A stretch of DNA of 64,000 nucleotides from an uncultured Clostridia bacterium (GTDB lineage Bacteria; Bacillota; Clostridia; Christensenellales; CAG-917), in NCBI GenBank assembly GCA_944332815.1, contig CALVKQ010000003.1, positions 72,419-136,418 of the forward strand. Direction: 5' to 3'. Under the pieces are notes generated by a model. It made no database searches, was not told the DNA's origin, and worked only from the letters and a program-made list of their open reading frames with translations. The position numbers and the translations under genes are program-made. Position 1 is the first letter of the stretch; the number at the start of each line of letters is the position of its first letter. Of the stretch, positions 17,549-27,899 are shown piece by piece.

Positions 17549-17577
17549 ATTATATATTATCGCGTCGCATTTGACAA
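17549..17577 (-). promoter_or_regulatory. Near-consensus sigma-70 promoter upstream of tRNA-Ser
   Basis: TTGTCA, 17-nt spacer, TATAAT on the minus strand. The predicted start lies about 115 nt upstream of the mature tRNA 5' end. Confidence 0.55.
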
Positions 17578-17664
17578 GTGATTTCCTCCCTCAAAACGGC
17601 TTTTTTTGCCTTTATAAAAAGAGGGGGAAAGGACGGTGCGCCGTGCGGCGCAGGACCGCCTCCG

Positions 17665-18816
17665 TCAGCCCAACAGTTCGTCGGCGAGTGCTGCGCAGAG
17701 CTCCCTGATGTCGCCGGGCACTGCGGAGCGGCAGGTGATGACGGTGTCCATGACTTTCACGTTCTTCTGCTCTTCCAAGAGCGCGCGCATCAGCTTGCCC
17801 GACATAGGCGCCCAGGAGCCGTTCTCGATGATGCCGACTTTTTTGTTCTGATAATTTTTTGCTTTGAGGTGGCGGATGAACTCCTCCATCACGGGGAATA
17901 TGCCCCCGTCCAGCGTGGTGGCGGCAAAGACGGTCTTGTCATATCTGAACGCGTCTTCCAATGCTTCCGCGAGGTCGCAGCGCGCGAGGTCGGTGATGAC
18001 CACCTTTTCTCCCCTGCTTTCCAGCTCGTCTTTGAGGGCGTAAGCCGCCTGTTTGGTGTTGCCGTACACGCAGGCATACGCGATGAACGTGCCCACGCTT
18101 TCCGCCTCGTACTTGCTCCACGTGTCGTAAAGGGAAAGGTATTCCCCGAGGTCGCCAGAGAGCACGGGACCGTGCAAGGGGCATATGGCGGCGATGTCGT
18201 AGGCGGCGAGTTTCTTCATGAGCGCCTGCACCTGAACGCCGTATTTGCCGACTATGTTGAAGTAATATCTTCTGGCTTCGCACGCCCAATCGTCGGTTTC
18301 GTTGCAAAGCGCGCCGAACTTGCCGAACGCGTCCGCGGAAAACAGCACTTTATCCTTCTTCTCGTAGCTCACCATGACTTCGGGCCAATGCACCATGGGC
18401 GCGGCAAGGAAAGTGAGTTCGTGCTCGCCGAGCAGGAGGGTGTCGCCCTCTTTCACGAGGACTTTATTGGGGAGCTCCACGCCGTAAAAGTTGCGGAACA
18501 TATCGAATATCTTGGTGTTGCCCACCACCGCCGCGGAAGGATACTTTGCGGCGAACGCGGCTATGCCTGCCGAATGGTCGGGCTCCATATGAGAGATGAC
18601 GAGAAAATCGGGTTCTCTGCCCTGCAACGCCAAGGCGACGTTATCCAGCCAACGCGCGATGCACGACTTGTCCACAGCGTCCATGACCGCGATCTTTTTG
18701 TCGAGGATGACGTAAGAATTGTAGGACATTCCGTCCGGGACTTTATACTGCCCCTCAAACAGATCCAGTTCGGTGTCGTCCACACCGACGTAAACGATGT
18801 CTTTGAAGTCTTTCAT
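17665..18816 (-). CDS. FprA-type flavodiiron protein (metallo-beta-lactamase domain plus flavodoxin domain)
   Basis: 383 aa. Di-iron motif SHMEPDHSAG and a C-terminal flavodoxin-like half. Confidence 0.8.
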   Translation of the reverse strand: MKDFKDIVYVGVDDTELDLFEGQYKVPDGMSYNSYVILDKKIAVMDAVDKSCIARWLDNVALALQGREPDFLVISHMEPDHSAGIAAFAAKYPSAAVVGNTKIFDMFRNFYGVELPNKVLVKEGDTLLLGEHELTFLAAPMVHWPEVMVSYEKKDKVLFSADAFGKFGALCNETDDWACEARRYYFNIVGKYGVQVQALMKKLAAYDIAAICPLHGPVLSGDLGEYLSLYDTWSKYEAESVGTFIAYACVYGNTKQAAYALKDELESRGEKVVITDLARCDLAEALEDAFRYDKTVFAATTLDGGIFPVMEEFIRHLKAKNYQNKKVGIIENGSWAPMSGKLMRALLEEQKNVKVMDTVITCRSAVPGDIRELCAALADELLG

Positions 18817-18843
18817 TGTATATCTCCGTAAAATTTTATCCTT

Positions 18844-19869
18844 TTACCATGCATTTTCGACGTATTCGCAGAATGCGTACATATCTTTGATGTCGATGCG
18901 CCTGCCGTCGTCGAGGACGGCGTAGCCGTTCCACAGCCCGTGCACCTGATGCGTCTTCATGCCGAGGTCACAGATGATGGCTCCGCTCTTGTTGTCGAAG
19001 AACGGGGTCATTGTCACATCCAGTCTGCCGTCCTCCGAACGGATATGCCAGGGACTCATCCACGCGTCGTTTTCCCCCGGGAACTTCTCGATGTCTACAG
19101 CGCCTATCTTGTGCGCCTTGCCGTCGTAAAAGAGGCAGGTTTCGGTGGCGTTGGACTCGTCGCCTATCTTCCACGTCACCTCGAAGCCGAAACGCTTGCC
19201 GTCGATGTAGGTCGAGCCGTTGCCCCAGTACCACACATTGCGATGCGGCCACACTCCGCGCCCCCAGTCCAGCACTCCGAAAGAAGTTTCGGGGCGGAAC
19301 TCGAAACGCTTTTCCCCCACCATAACGCTGCCCTCGCAAGGCATACAGTTATGTTTGGTGGTGAGGAAGAACCTGTCCGGCATACCCTTGAACGGGGTAA
19401 CGATGGTAATATTTTCGTCGTCGGGACGGAAGCTCAGCGTGAGATCCGCCTCAATGCGCCCGGCGCGGCATTTGCCCGAAAAACGTATGCGTCTGCTGTC
19501 CTCCCCCGTCACAAAAGAAAGTTTAGTCTTTCCGCTTTCGTAAGCGAAAGTGTTCGGACGGTCGGAAACTTCGGGCAGGCGGAAACGGTTTTTGGTGAAA
19601 AGGCGTATATCCGCATGATCCGCGCGCTCTCCCGTGGTGAGGTCCACCACCGCCGCAGTGGCTGCGGAAGCGACTGATATGTTGAAAAAGTTTATCTGCA
19701 CCATCACCTTGCCGTCGGACACCTGATAGAAGTCCCATTCTTTAAGACGCCACGGCCTTGCCACCAGGCTCGCGTCGTAACGGAACAGATCCCTGCGCGC
19801 CCAGCCGCAGACGGCGAGTTTGCCGTCCTGGGTGAGCAGATCGGTCATAGTAGTTATCTCGCGCTGCAT
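18844..19869 (-). CDS. DUF2804-like protein of unknown function
   Basis: 341 aa. The LKEWDFYQV motif and beta-rich composition recall the DUF2804 family; recalled from memory only. Confidence 0.5.
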   Translation of the reverse strand: MQREITTMTDLLTQDGKLAVCGWARRDLFRYDASLVARPWRLKEWDFYQVSDGKVMVQINFFNISVASAATAAVVDLTTGERADHADIRLFTKNRFRLPEVSDRPNTFAYESGKTKLSFVTGEDSRRIRFSGKCRAGRIEADLTLSFRPDDENITIVTPFKGMPDRFFLTTKHNCMPCEGSVMVGEKRFEFRPETSFGVLDWGRGVWPHRNVWYWGNGSTYIDGKRFGFEVTWKIGDESNATETCLFYDGKAHKIGAVDIEKFPGENDAWMSPWHIRSEDGRLDVTMTPFFDNKSGAIICDLGMKTHQVHGLWNGYAVLDDGRRIDIKDMYAFCEYVENAW

Positions 19870-19878
19870 ACCGCCTCC

Positions 19879-21378
19879 TTACAGCCCGGGTTTTCTGAGG
19901 TTATAGCCTTCTTTCTGCCAGAGCTTGAACTGCATATTGAGTTGGTCGATGAACTCCTTGTTGGAAGAGGTCTTGACCAGCATATTCAGCAGATTTTCCG
20001 TGGATTCCGCACTGTCGCCGACGGCGAGCATCTTTCTTACGCCCCATGCGCCTGCGAGCTCGCTGGGCGTGAGGAGCAGTTCCTCCTTGCGCGTGCCGCT
20101 CTTTGCGAGGTCAATCGCCGGGAATATCCTGCGCTCGCTGAGTTTGCGGTCCAGGTGTATCTCCATATTGCCCGTGCCTTTGAACTCTTCGAAAATGACG
20201 TCGTCCATGCGGCTGCCCGTTTCTATGAGCGCGGTGGCGATGATGGTCAGAGAACCGCCGTGTTCGATGTTCCTTGCAGAACCGAAGAAGCGTTTGGGGC
20301 TGTGCAGTGCGCCGGGATCCACGCCGCCCGAAAGCGTCCTGCCCGTGGGCGGTATAGTGGTGTTATACGCGCGAGCGAGCCTGGTAAGACTGTCCATGAG
20401 GATAACGACGTCCTTGCCCATCTCCACCAAGCGCTTTGCGCGGTCGAGAAGCATTTCCGCGGTCTTGGTGTGATGCTCGGGCATCTCGTCAAAGGTGGAA
20501 TACACCACTTCGCCGCGCACCGAACGCTGCATGTCGGTGACCTCCTCGGGACGTTCGTCTATGAGCAGCACGAAAAGCACTATCTCGGGATAATTCTCCG
20601 CAATGGAACCCGCAATCATTTTGAGCAGAGTCGTTTTGCCTGCCTTGGGGGGAGAAACTATGATGCCGCGCTGTCCTTTCCCTATCGGCGCCACGATGTC
20701 GATGCAACGTGTGGCGTAATCACGCGGACGGGAAGGAACTTCCATGCGCAGGCGTTCGTCGGGATAAATGGGGACCAGATCGTCGAAATTGGGACGTTTG
20801 CCGAGTTCCGAAAACTCCACGTCGTTGACAGTGAGGACATTGACGACCGCGGCAGGCTTTCCCTCTTGCAATATCTTGCAGGCGGCGCGCACTTTGTCGC
20901 CGCGGCGCAGACCGTACTGCTTTATCTTCACACTGGGCACGTACGCGTCCATGTCGTTGCATTCGCAGTTGCGCACGCGCAGGAAACCGTAGCCGTCGGG
21001 GTTTATCTCCAAGAAACCTTCGCGCAGCTGATCGGCGTCCTCTCTCCTCTTCTCGTCGCGCAGAGCGACCGCCTGTCTGTGCTCGCCGCGATAGGATTGA
21101 TCGGAACGGGATGTATGCTTGAAATCGCGCGTCCTGACGAAGTTATCCTGTTTGACGGGCGCGCTCTCCTGCGCAGGCTCCGTTTCGGATATCTTCCTGG
21201 GACGGCCGCGGCGCGGCGCTTCGGGAGGACGCATCTCACCCGAAGAAATTTTCAGGATAAGGTCTATAAGTTCCGCCTTGTTGATTTTGCTGGGTGAGCT
21301 GACCCCGTGTTCCTTTGCTATATCGCGAATGGTAAAAATGCTGTAAGAGTCCAGCTGCTCCTTGGTGTAAGTTGACAT
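19879..21378 (-). CDS. rho: Transcription termination factor Rho with an N-terminal R/E/D/Q-rich insertion
   Basis: Walker A PPKAGKTTLL plus an OB/RNA-binding region. Start at MSTYTKEQ (21378) is preceded by AAGGAGG. Confidence 0.92.
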   Translation of the reverse strand: MSTYTKEQLDSYSIFTIRDIAKEHGVSSPSKINKAELIDLILKISSGEMRPPEAPRRGRPRKISETEPAQESAPVKQDNFVRTRDFKHTSRSDQSYRGEHRQAVALRDEKRREDADQLREGFLEINPDGYGFLRVRNCECNDMDAYVPSVKIKQYGLRRGDKVRAACKILQEGKPAAVVNVLTVNDVEFSELGKRPNFDDLVPIYPDERLRMEVPSRPRDYATRCIDIVAPIGKGQRGIIVSPPKAGKTTLLKMIAGSIAENYPEIVLFVLLIDERPEEVTDMQRSVRGEVVYSTFDEMPEHHTKTAEMLLDRAKRLVEMGKDVVILMDSLTRLARAYNTTIPPTGRTLSGGVDPGALHSPKRFFGSARNIEHGGSLTIIATALIETGSRMDDVIFEEFKGTGNMEIHLDRKLSERRIFPAIDLAKSGTRKEELLLTPSELAGAWGVRKMLAVGDSAESTENLLNMLVKTSSNKEFIDQLNMQFKLWQKEGYNLRKPGL

Positions 21379-21480
21379 AATGCCTCCTTTCACGTCCTTT
21401 CCGCAGAGGCGTCCTCTGCGGAAAGGGTCATATATTCGAGTGTAGTAAACTTTGGTATATCGCTGCGGAGTTTCCGCAAA

Positions 21481-22134
21481 TCAATCGGAAAATCTTTCCA
21501 GAACGTAAACTTTCGTGCTTTCGCCGTCAAAGTCGGCACGATCAAATTCAACGGTGTCGGAATCGACATACACGATATCTTCGTCGTCGAACAGTTCGAG
21601 GAAATCGTTCAGTTTCGCAATGTCGAAAGAGTGTTCCTTGGTCTTGTAGTGCATCGGGATGACGATGTCGGGCATGATGCGGTCCACAAACTCCTTGGCT
21701 TCTTCCGCGTCGATGGTGTAGGTGCCGCCGATGGGTATCATAAGGACGTTGACGGGCGCGATGCTGTCCACCAACACTGCGCTGCACTCCTCGCCTATAT
21801 CCCCCATATGACAGACGTCAACGCCGTCCATACGGAATTTGAACACAAGATTTTCCCCTCTCGCCGCGCCGCCTTTCGAGTCGTGACTGGTGCGCCGCGC
21901 GAGGATATGCACCCCCCTGATGTTATATGCCCCGGCAGAGGAAAGCACCTCGGGGTCCCCCAGCACAGCCGCCAGGTTGTTGTGGTCGTTGTGACCGTGA
22001 CTGACCGTGACTATGTCGGCGGTCACACGCGGCATCTTAAAGCCGACGTACGAGTGGTAAGGGTCGGTGACGACCGTCGTTCCCGTGCTCTCTTCAAGCC
22101 GGAATGCGGAGTGACCCAGCCATGTAATTTTCAC
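21481..22134 (-). CDS. MBL-fold metal-dependent hydrolase (UPF0173-like)
   Basis: 217 aa, MKITWLGHSAF...HGHNDH. Confidence 0.75.
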   Translation of the reverse strand: MKITWLGHSAFRLEESTGTTVVTDPYHSYVGFKMPRVTADIVTVSHGHNDHNNLAAVLGDPEVLSSAGAYNIRGVHILARRTSHDSKGGAARGENLVFKFRMDGVDVCHMGDIGEECSAVLVDSIAPVNVLMIPIGGTYTIDAEEAKEFVDRIMPDIVIPMHYKTKEHSFDIAKLNDFLELFDDEDIVYVDSDTVEFDRADFDGESTKVYVLERFSD

Positions 22135-22148
22135 TTTTTCCTCCTGCT

Positions 22149-23306
22149 CTATTGCTGTTTAGCGTTGATGGAAGCAACGAGCTCATGTATCTTGTCAAAG
22201 GGATCGAGCAGATTCGAAACCGCTTCGTTGAGATTGCCTGCCGCTATTATATATGCCAGATATTTGGACATATCCGCCTCGATGAACCACTTGCGCTCCC
22301 TGAGTTCGGGGGTGCGGTAAGTGAGGTTGGTGCTGATGACGGCGTCGAACAGCCCCTCTTCGTAAGCGCGGTCGAACTTTTCCAGCCCTTCCGTGAACAA
22401 AGAGAACGTGGCGGAGAGGAAGACGCGCTGCGCGCCCTTTTCCTTTATCTCCTTGGCGAGCTTTATCATGCTGTCGCCCGTCGCTATCATGTCGTCCGCG
22501 ACGAAGACGTTCATGCCCATGACGGGGGAACCTATGTACTCGTGCGCTATGATGGGGTTCCTTCCGTTCACAACGCTGGCGTAGTCGCGGCGTTTATAGA
22601 ACATGCCCAGATCCAGCCCCAGAACGGAAGCGTAATAGACGTTCCTGCCTATCGCGCCCTCGTCGGGAGAAACGCACATGAGGCTGTTCTTGTCCAGCTT
22701 GACGTCCGGGAAGTGTATGGTGAGCGCTTTCAGCACCTGATAGGTGGGGAAGTAATTGTCAAAGCCCATCATGGGGACGGAATTCTGCACCCTGGGGTCG
22801 TGCGCGTCAAAGGTGATGATGTCGCTGACGCCCATGTCGTAAAGCTCGTGGAGCATCTGCGCGCAGTCCAAAGACTCGCGCCCTGCTCTGCGGTGCTGCC
22901 TCCCCTCGTAAAGCATGGGCATGACCACCGTGATACGCTCCGGCTTGCAGTTCGCGGCGCAGATGATGCGTTTGAGGTCCGCGAAATGCTCATCGGGGGT
23001 CATGGGTATATCTTTGCCGAAAAAGTTATAAGAGATACCGTGATTGGCAACGTCGCAGATGACGAACAGGTCCTTGCCGCGCAGGGTTTCCATGACCATG
23101 CCCTTGCCCTCGCCGTTGGTGAACCTGGGGCACGCCGCGTCAATGATGAAAGTATCCTTTTTGAGGGAACCGTCGACATCCACCGAACGGTACCATTCGA
23201 CGAGCTTACGATCCACCAGCTTGGTGAGTTCGCGCGCGCCGGGCGTGGCGATAAGCGCGAGAGGTCCTTTCGGTCTTGCTGTGCTCAACGTGAATTTAGA
23301 TGCCAT
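22149..23306 (-). CDS. prs: Ribose-phosphate pyrophosphokinase family protein (long form)
   Basis: 385 aa. PRPP-binding loop VADDMIATGDS and DIITFDAHDP, resembling the Prs core. Confidence 0.65.
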   Translation of the reverse strand: MASKFTLSTARPKGPLALIATPGARELTKLVDRKLVEWYRSVDVDGSLKKDTFIIDAACPRFTNGEGKGMVMETLRGKDLFVICDVANHGISYNFFGKDIPMTPDEHFADLKRIICAANCKPERITVVMPMLYEGRQHRRAGRESLDCAQMLHELYDMGVSDIITFDAHDPRVQNSVPMMGFDNYFPTYQVLKALTIHFPDVKLDKNSLMCVSPDEGAIGRNVYYASVLGLDLGMFYKRRDYASVVNGRNPIIAHEYIGSPVMGMNVFVADDMIATGDSMIKLAKEIKEKGAQRVFLSATFSLFTEGLEKFDRAYEEGLFDAVISTNLTYRTPELRERKWFIEADMSKYLAYIIAAGNLNEAVSNLLDPFDKIHELVASINAKQQ

Positions 23307-23426
23307 TTGTTTCCTCCGAGGATTTCGCTTTTATAGTATAACAAATAAAACACGGGATATCAACTGCTTAAAAGAAGTTCTTGATAATTCGCGCATTCTC
23401 CGTTACGGCACGGAGCGACCCGAACG

Positions 23427-24551
23427 TCATATGATCTCCGTCAACACGGAATTCATGACCGAAAGCCCGTCGCGCGTGAGGCGTATCCTGCCCCCTTCCC
23501 TTACCGTGAACTTCTCAACCCGGGAAAGATCTCTGCCCGAAAGCAGCTCTTCGGGGATACCATCGCGCGTGCGCAACCCGAGCATTATCCGCTCCGCCCG
23601 TATCTCGTCCGCCGAAAGCACGCTCATCTCCGCGCGCGGCACGTCGTCGAAAGCGCTCACACAGTTCACGCCGCCGATGTACGCGTTGAGATCGCGAGGG
23701 GATGCGAATCTGATCTCGTTCGGGAGTTTCTCGCCTTTTGCGTCGGTCTTGATAAGCGAATGCGCGCCTGCGCCCAGCCCCACGTACTCCTCTCTCGTCC
23801 AATAACCCGAATTATGCTTGCACTCTCGCCCCGGCAAAGCGAAGTTGGACACCTCGTAACGCATGAGCCCTTGCTCTTCGAGGGTGTCCGTCACGATGTC
23901 CAGATAGTCCGCCACTTCGTCGTCGGAGGGCAGCCACACTCTCCCCTCTTCCGCCGCGGCGAAAAGCGCAGTGCCCTCTTCCAAAGTGAGTTCGTACGCC
24001 GAAACGTGAGGCGCGCTGCCTGCGGCTTCACGCGCTTCCTCGCGTATGAGCTCGGGAGTGTCGTAAGGCAGCCCGAGGATGAGATCCAAAGAAAAATTGT
24101 CGAACAGCTGGTCGATCCGTTTTATCGCGGCGCGTGCTTCCGCAGCCGTGTGTATCCTGCCCACCGCGCGCAGATTATCGTCCGAAAAACTCTGCACGCC
24201 CATGCTTATCCTGTCCACTCCGGCGTCGCGGAAAGCGGCGAGCACGTCGGAGGTGGCGCTCTCGGGGTTCACCTCCGCGGTGACCTCGACGGGAGCGTAG
24301 TCCGGAAAACTTTTCCGCAGCTTGGCAAACAACCCTTCTATCTGTTTGGGCGAAAGCAGCGACGGCGTGCCTCCGCCGAGATAAACGGTGTCGATACGGG
24401 AGTGCGCAAAACGCTCCGAGGCAAAGGCGATCTCGCGATTTAATGCGGTTAGATAGCTGAAAACAAGCGCCTCGCCGCAATTTGCATACGAGGTGAAATC
24501 GCAATATGCGCACTTGGATCTGCAAAAGGGAAAGTGTATGTAAAGGAGCAT
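23427..24551 (-). CDS. hemW: Radical-SAM heme chaperone HemW (HemN-like)
   Basis: MLLYIHFPFCRSKCAYCDF. Follows lepA, as is usual. Start at 24551. Confidence 0.85.
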   Translation of the reverse strand: MLLYIHFPFCRSKCAYCDFTSYANCGEALVFSYLTALNREIAFASERFAHSRIDTVYLGGGTPSLLSPKQIEGLFAKLRKSFPDYAPVEVTAEVNPESATSDVLAAFRDAGVDRISMGVQSFSDDNLRAVGRIHTAAEARAAIKRIDQLFDNFSLDLILGLPYDTPELIREEAREAAGSAPHVSAYELTLEEGTALFAAAEEGRVWLPSDDEVADYLDIVTDTLEEQGLMRYEVSNFALPGRECKHNSGYWTREEYVGLGAGAHSLIKTDAKGEKLPNEIRFASPRDLNAYIGGVNCVSAFDDVPRAEMSVLSADEIRAERIMLGLRTRDGIPEELLSGRDLSRVEKFTVREGGRIRLTRDGLSVMNSVLTEII

Positions 24552-24561
24552 CACTCGCCTC

Positions 24562-26364
24562 TCATTTGTCGTCGCCCACTTTGAGTATGCTGACAAAAGC
24601 TTCGCTGGGCACCTCGACGGAGCCGACGCGGCGCATCCTCTTTTTGCCTTCCTTCTGTTTTTCCAGCAATTTCTTTTTGCGCGTTATGTCGCCGCCATAG
24701 CACTTCGCGAGCACGTCTTTGCGCAGGGCTTTGACGGTTTCGCGCGCGATGATCTTGCCGCCTATAGCAGCCTGGATGGGGATCTCGAAGAGCTGGCGAG
24801 GTATGGCGTCTTTCAACTTCTCGGCGATACCTCTGCCGCGCGCGTACGCTTTGTCCTTGTGCACGATGAGGGAAAGCGCGTCGCACATATCCCCGTTTAT
24901 GAGCATATCGAGGCGCACAAGGTCGCTCTTCTCGTAGCCGTCGGGCTCGTAGTCGAGTGAAGCGTAACCGCGCGTCCGCGATTTCAGGCTGTCGAAAAAG
25001 TCGTAGATTATCTCATTGAGCGGCAGACGGTAGGTCATCTGCACTCGCGACGTGTCCACATACGTCATGTCGATGAATACGCCGCGCTTTTCCTGACAAA
25101 GCTCCATGATCTGCCCCACGTATTCGGGAGGGGTGTAGATGGTGGCTTTGACGATGGGCTCTTCTATGCTCTCGATCTCCCCTGCCGGCGGCAGATTGGT
25201 GGGATTATCGATTATCAGCTTTTCGCCGTTGGTCTTGGTGACGTGATAGGACACCCCGGGCGCGGTGGTGATTAGGTCGAGGTCGAACTCGCGCTCCAAC
25301 CTCTCCTCGATTATCTCCATATGGAGCAGCCCCAGAAATCCGCAGCGGAAGCCGAACCCCAACGCCTTGGAATTTTCCGCCTCGAATGTTAAGGACGCGT
25401 CGTTGAGCTGCAACTTCAGGAGCGCCTCTTTGAGGTCGTTATAGCGCGCGCCGTCCGCAGGGTAAACGCCCGTGAAAACCATCGGCGTGACCTTTTTATA
25501 CCCTTTGAGAGGGGCGGCTGCCGGACGGTCGTATGAGGTGATGGTGTCGCCCACGGCGGTGTCCGCGACGTTCTTTATGCTGGCGGCGATATAACCCACC
25601 TCACCGGCAGAAAGCGAACTTACGGGACGCATTCCGGGTGCATAAACCCCGACTTCGACCACATCGAACACTTTCCCCGAAGAGAACATCTTTATCTTGT
25701 CGCCGGCTTTCACGCATCCGTCAACGATGCGCACCATGGAGATCGCGCCGCGGTAATTGTCGTAATAGCTGTCGAAGATGAGGGCTTTGAGCGGAGCCTC
25801 GGGATCCCCTCCCGGAGGAGGAAGTTTCTCCACTATCATGCGCAGCACGTCGTCTATGCCTATCCCCTCTTTTGCGGAGATGAGGGGGCAGCCAGTGGTG
25901 TCCAGCCCTATGATGTCCTCTATCTCTTTTTTCACGGCGTCGGCGTCCGCGGAGGCGAGGTCTATCTTGTTTATGACGGGAAGTATCTCAAGGTCGTTGT
26001 CCAGCGCGAGATAAACGTTGGAAAGCGTCTGCGCTTCCACTCCCTGCGTGGCGTCCACGACGAGCAAAGCCCCCTCGCACGCCGCGAGCGAACGGGAAAC
26101 TTCGTAAGTAAAGTCCACATGCCCGGGAGTGTCAATGAGGTTGAAAACGTACTCCTCACCGTCATAGTCGTAAAAGAGGCGGCAGGTTTGCAGTTTGATG
26201 GTTATGCCGCGCTCCTTTTCGATGTCCATATTGTCCAGAAGCTGGTCGGACATATCGCGCGAGGAAACCGTCCCCGTGCGTTCGATCAGCCTGTCGGCAA
26301 GCGTGCTCTTCCCGTGGTCTATATGCGCTATTATTGAAAAATTGCGGATGTGGGAAAGGTCCAA
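24562..26364 (-). CDS. lepA: Elongation factor 4
   Basis: 600 aa with [17 protein letters not shown] and a conserved LepA C-terminus. Confidence 0.95.
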   Translation of the reverse strand: MDLSHIRNFSIIAHIDHGKSTLADRLIERTGTVSSRDMSDQLLDNMDIEKERGITIKLQTCRLFYDYDGEEYVFNLIDTPGHVDFTYEVSRSLAACEGALLVVDATQGVEAQTLSNVYLALDNDLEILPVINKIDLASADADAVKKEIEDIIGLDTTGCPLISAKEGIGIDDVLRMIVEKLPPPGGDPEAPLKALIFDSYYDNYRGAISMVRIVDGCVKAGDKIKMFSSGKVFDVVEVGVYAPGMRPVSSLSAGEVGYIAASIKNVADTAVGDTITSYDRPAAAPLKGYKKVTPMVFTGVYPADGARYNDLKEALLKLQLNDASLTFEAENSKALGFGFRCGFLGLLHMEIIEERLEREFDLDLITTAPGVSYHVTKTNGEKLIIDNPTNLPPAGEIESIEEPIVKATIYTPPEYVGQIMELCQEKRGVFIDMTYVDTSRVQMTYRLPLNEIIYDFFDSLKSRTRGYASLDYEPDGYEKSDLVRLDMLINGDMCDALSLIVHKDKAYARGRGIAEKLKDAIPRQLFEIPIQAAIGGKIIARETVKALRKDVLAKCYGGDITRKKKLLEKQKEGKKRMRRVGSVEVPSEAFVSILKVGDDK

Positions 26365-26478
26365 ATATCCCTCTCTTTTCCGCTTACGGGGCGGAAATTA
26401 TCGTTAAGCTGTTGACATTATTATAATGTAATTCTAGAATTATATCAACAAATTACTTCACATTGGGAGAAAAAGGAC

Positions 26479-27240
26479 ATGGAACTGAATTGGCTGCTCG
26501 CGACTCCCGTCGCTCACCGCGGACTGCATGACGACGTTTTCCCCGAAAACAGCACCCCGGCGTTTCGCGCCGCCATCGAACACGGTTTCACGATAGAGAT
26601 CGACGTCCACCTTTCCAAGGACGGGCACCTCGTCGTCTTCCACGACGACAACCTCAAACGCGTGTGCGGCGTGGACAAGAAAGTCGCAAAATGCACCCTT
26701 GCCGAGTTAAAGTCCATGAAACTGAAAGGCACGGAAAACACCATCCCCACATTTGACGAGTTCCTAAGTCTGGTGGACGGCAAAGTGGGCATCCTGTGTG
26801 AGATAAAAGGGCTCAACCCCTACGACAACAGCATTTCCGCCGCGGTATGCGAAAGGCTGCGCACCTACACAGGCAAGATCGCGCTGCAATCCTTCAATTA
26901 CGGCGCGGTGCGCTATTGCCGCCGCAACACCGACCTGCCCTGCGGTCAGCTCTGCACCTGGCAGAATCCCTCCGCGACCGGGCGCTCTCATCTCACCGAT
27001 TTTATGGGCAAATTGTGGATAAACAAGCTGTCCAAGCCTCACTTCATCGCATACGACGTGCGCGACATCGAAGACAATCCCTACATTGTCAACGCCAGAA
27101 AGAAACTCCCCGTGATAACCTGGACAGTGAACAGCGCGGAAAAGCTGGAACGCGCGGAAAAGTTCGCCGACAACATCATTTTCGAGGACATCTGCGAACT
27201 GGTGGAAAGCCGCTATATCCCTGCGCATAAGGCTAAATGA
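26479..27240 (+). CDS. Glycerophosphodiester phosphodiesterase family protein
   Basis: VAHRGLH..PENS..EIDVHLSKDGHLVVFHDDNL pattern. Confidence 0.8.
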   Translation: MELNWLLATPVAHRGLHDDVFPENSTPAFRAAIEHGFTIEIDVHLSKDGHLVVFHDDNLKRVCGVDKKVAKCTLAELKSMKLKGTENTIPTFDEFLSLVDGKVGILCEIKGLNPYDNSISAAVCERLRTYTGKIALQSFNYGAVRYCRRNTDLPCGQLCTWQNPSATGRSHLTDFMGKLWINKLSKPHFIAYDVRDIEDNPYIVNARKKLPVITWTVNSAEKLERAEKFADNIIFEDICELVESRYIPAHKAK

Positions 27241-27377
27241 GCCTTTGACGGCGTGTGCCGTAAGAGGTGCGCGTCATTCTGCCCTGAATGAGCGTGGAAA
27301 AAGCCGACGCACTGCGCGCTCCGCGCGGCAGGAGCGCACGACATACGGCGTAAAAAGGCTAAAAGAAAAAGCAAAAC

Positions 27378-27402
27378 AAAAGCTCCCCTCTCGGGGAGCT
27401 TT
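27378..27402. terminator. Bidirectional hairpin terminator
   Basis: AAAGCTCCCC-tctc-GGGGAGCTTT between the convergent 26479 and 27422 genes. Confidence 0.7.
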
Positions 27403-27421
27403 CATCATTTAAGAAAAAGCG

Positions 27422-27655
27422 TCACGCGTTTTCTTTTTGCCATGCGGCGGCTTTCGCCTTGCTCATGGCGGTCAGCTTTTCCGCAGTGTACTTGGACTGC
27501 TCTCCGCCGTTGGTGTAAAGGAAGTAGGAACCGTCCTCCGCAACGTAAAGAGTTTCCTCATAGCCCGTGGGATCGCCGAACATACCGGACGTGACCTTCT
27601 TGACGACGGTCATTTCCGTGGTGTCGTAAGTTTTGCCCTTTGCAGTCTTTTTCAT
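27422..27655 (-). CDS. Small hypothetical protein (77 aa)
   Basis: GGAGGA upstream, host-like codon usage, and a terminator downstream. I recognise no family. Confidence 0.5.
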   Translation of the reverse strand: MKKTAKGKTYDTTEMTVVKKVTSGMFGDPTGYEETLYVAEDGSYFLYTNGGEQSKYTAEKLTAMSKAKAAAWQKENA

Positions 27656-27899
27656 ATTTTTATCCTCCTGATGAAATCGATTTCGGTGCGGAAGCTTTCC
27701 GCAATGCGAATGTTAGCACAATCGCAGAAAAATTGCAAAGGATTTGAGGGGTAAATAAATTATGATACATAAAGTTACAAAAACTTACAAAATGCGCGCG
27801 ATGTATGCCGCTCATGCATCAAAAAAAGGGCTTCCGCTCGGGAAACCCTTTTTCATCCTGTCCTGTCGCCGCAGTCGGAGCGGCGTCCGACCCTCCGCG

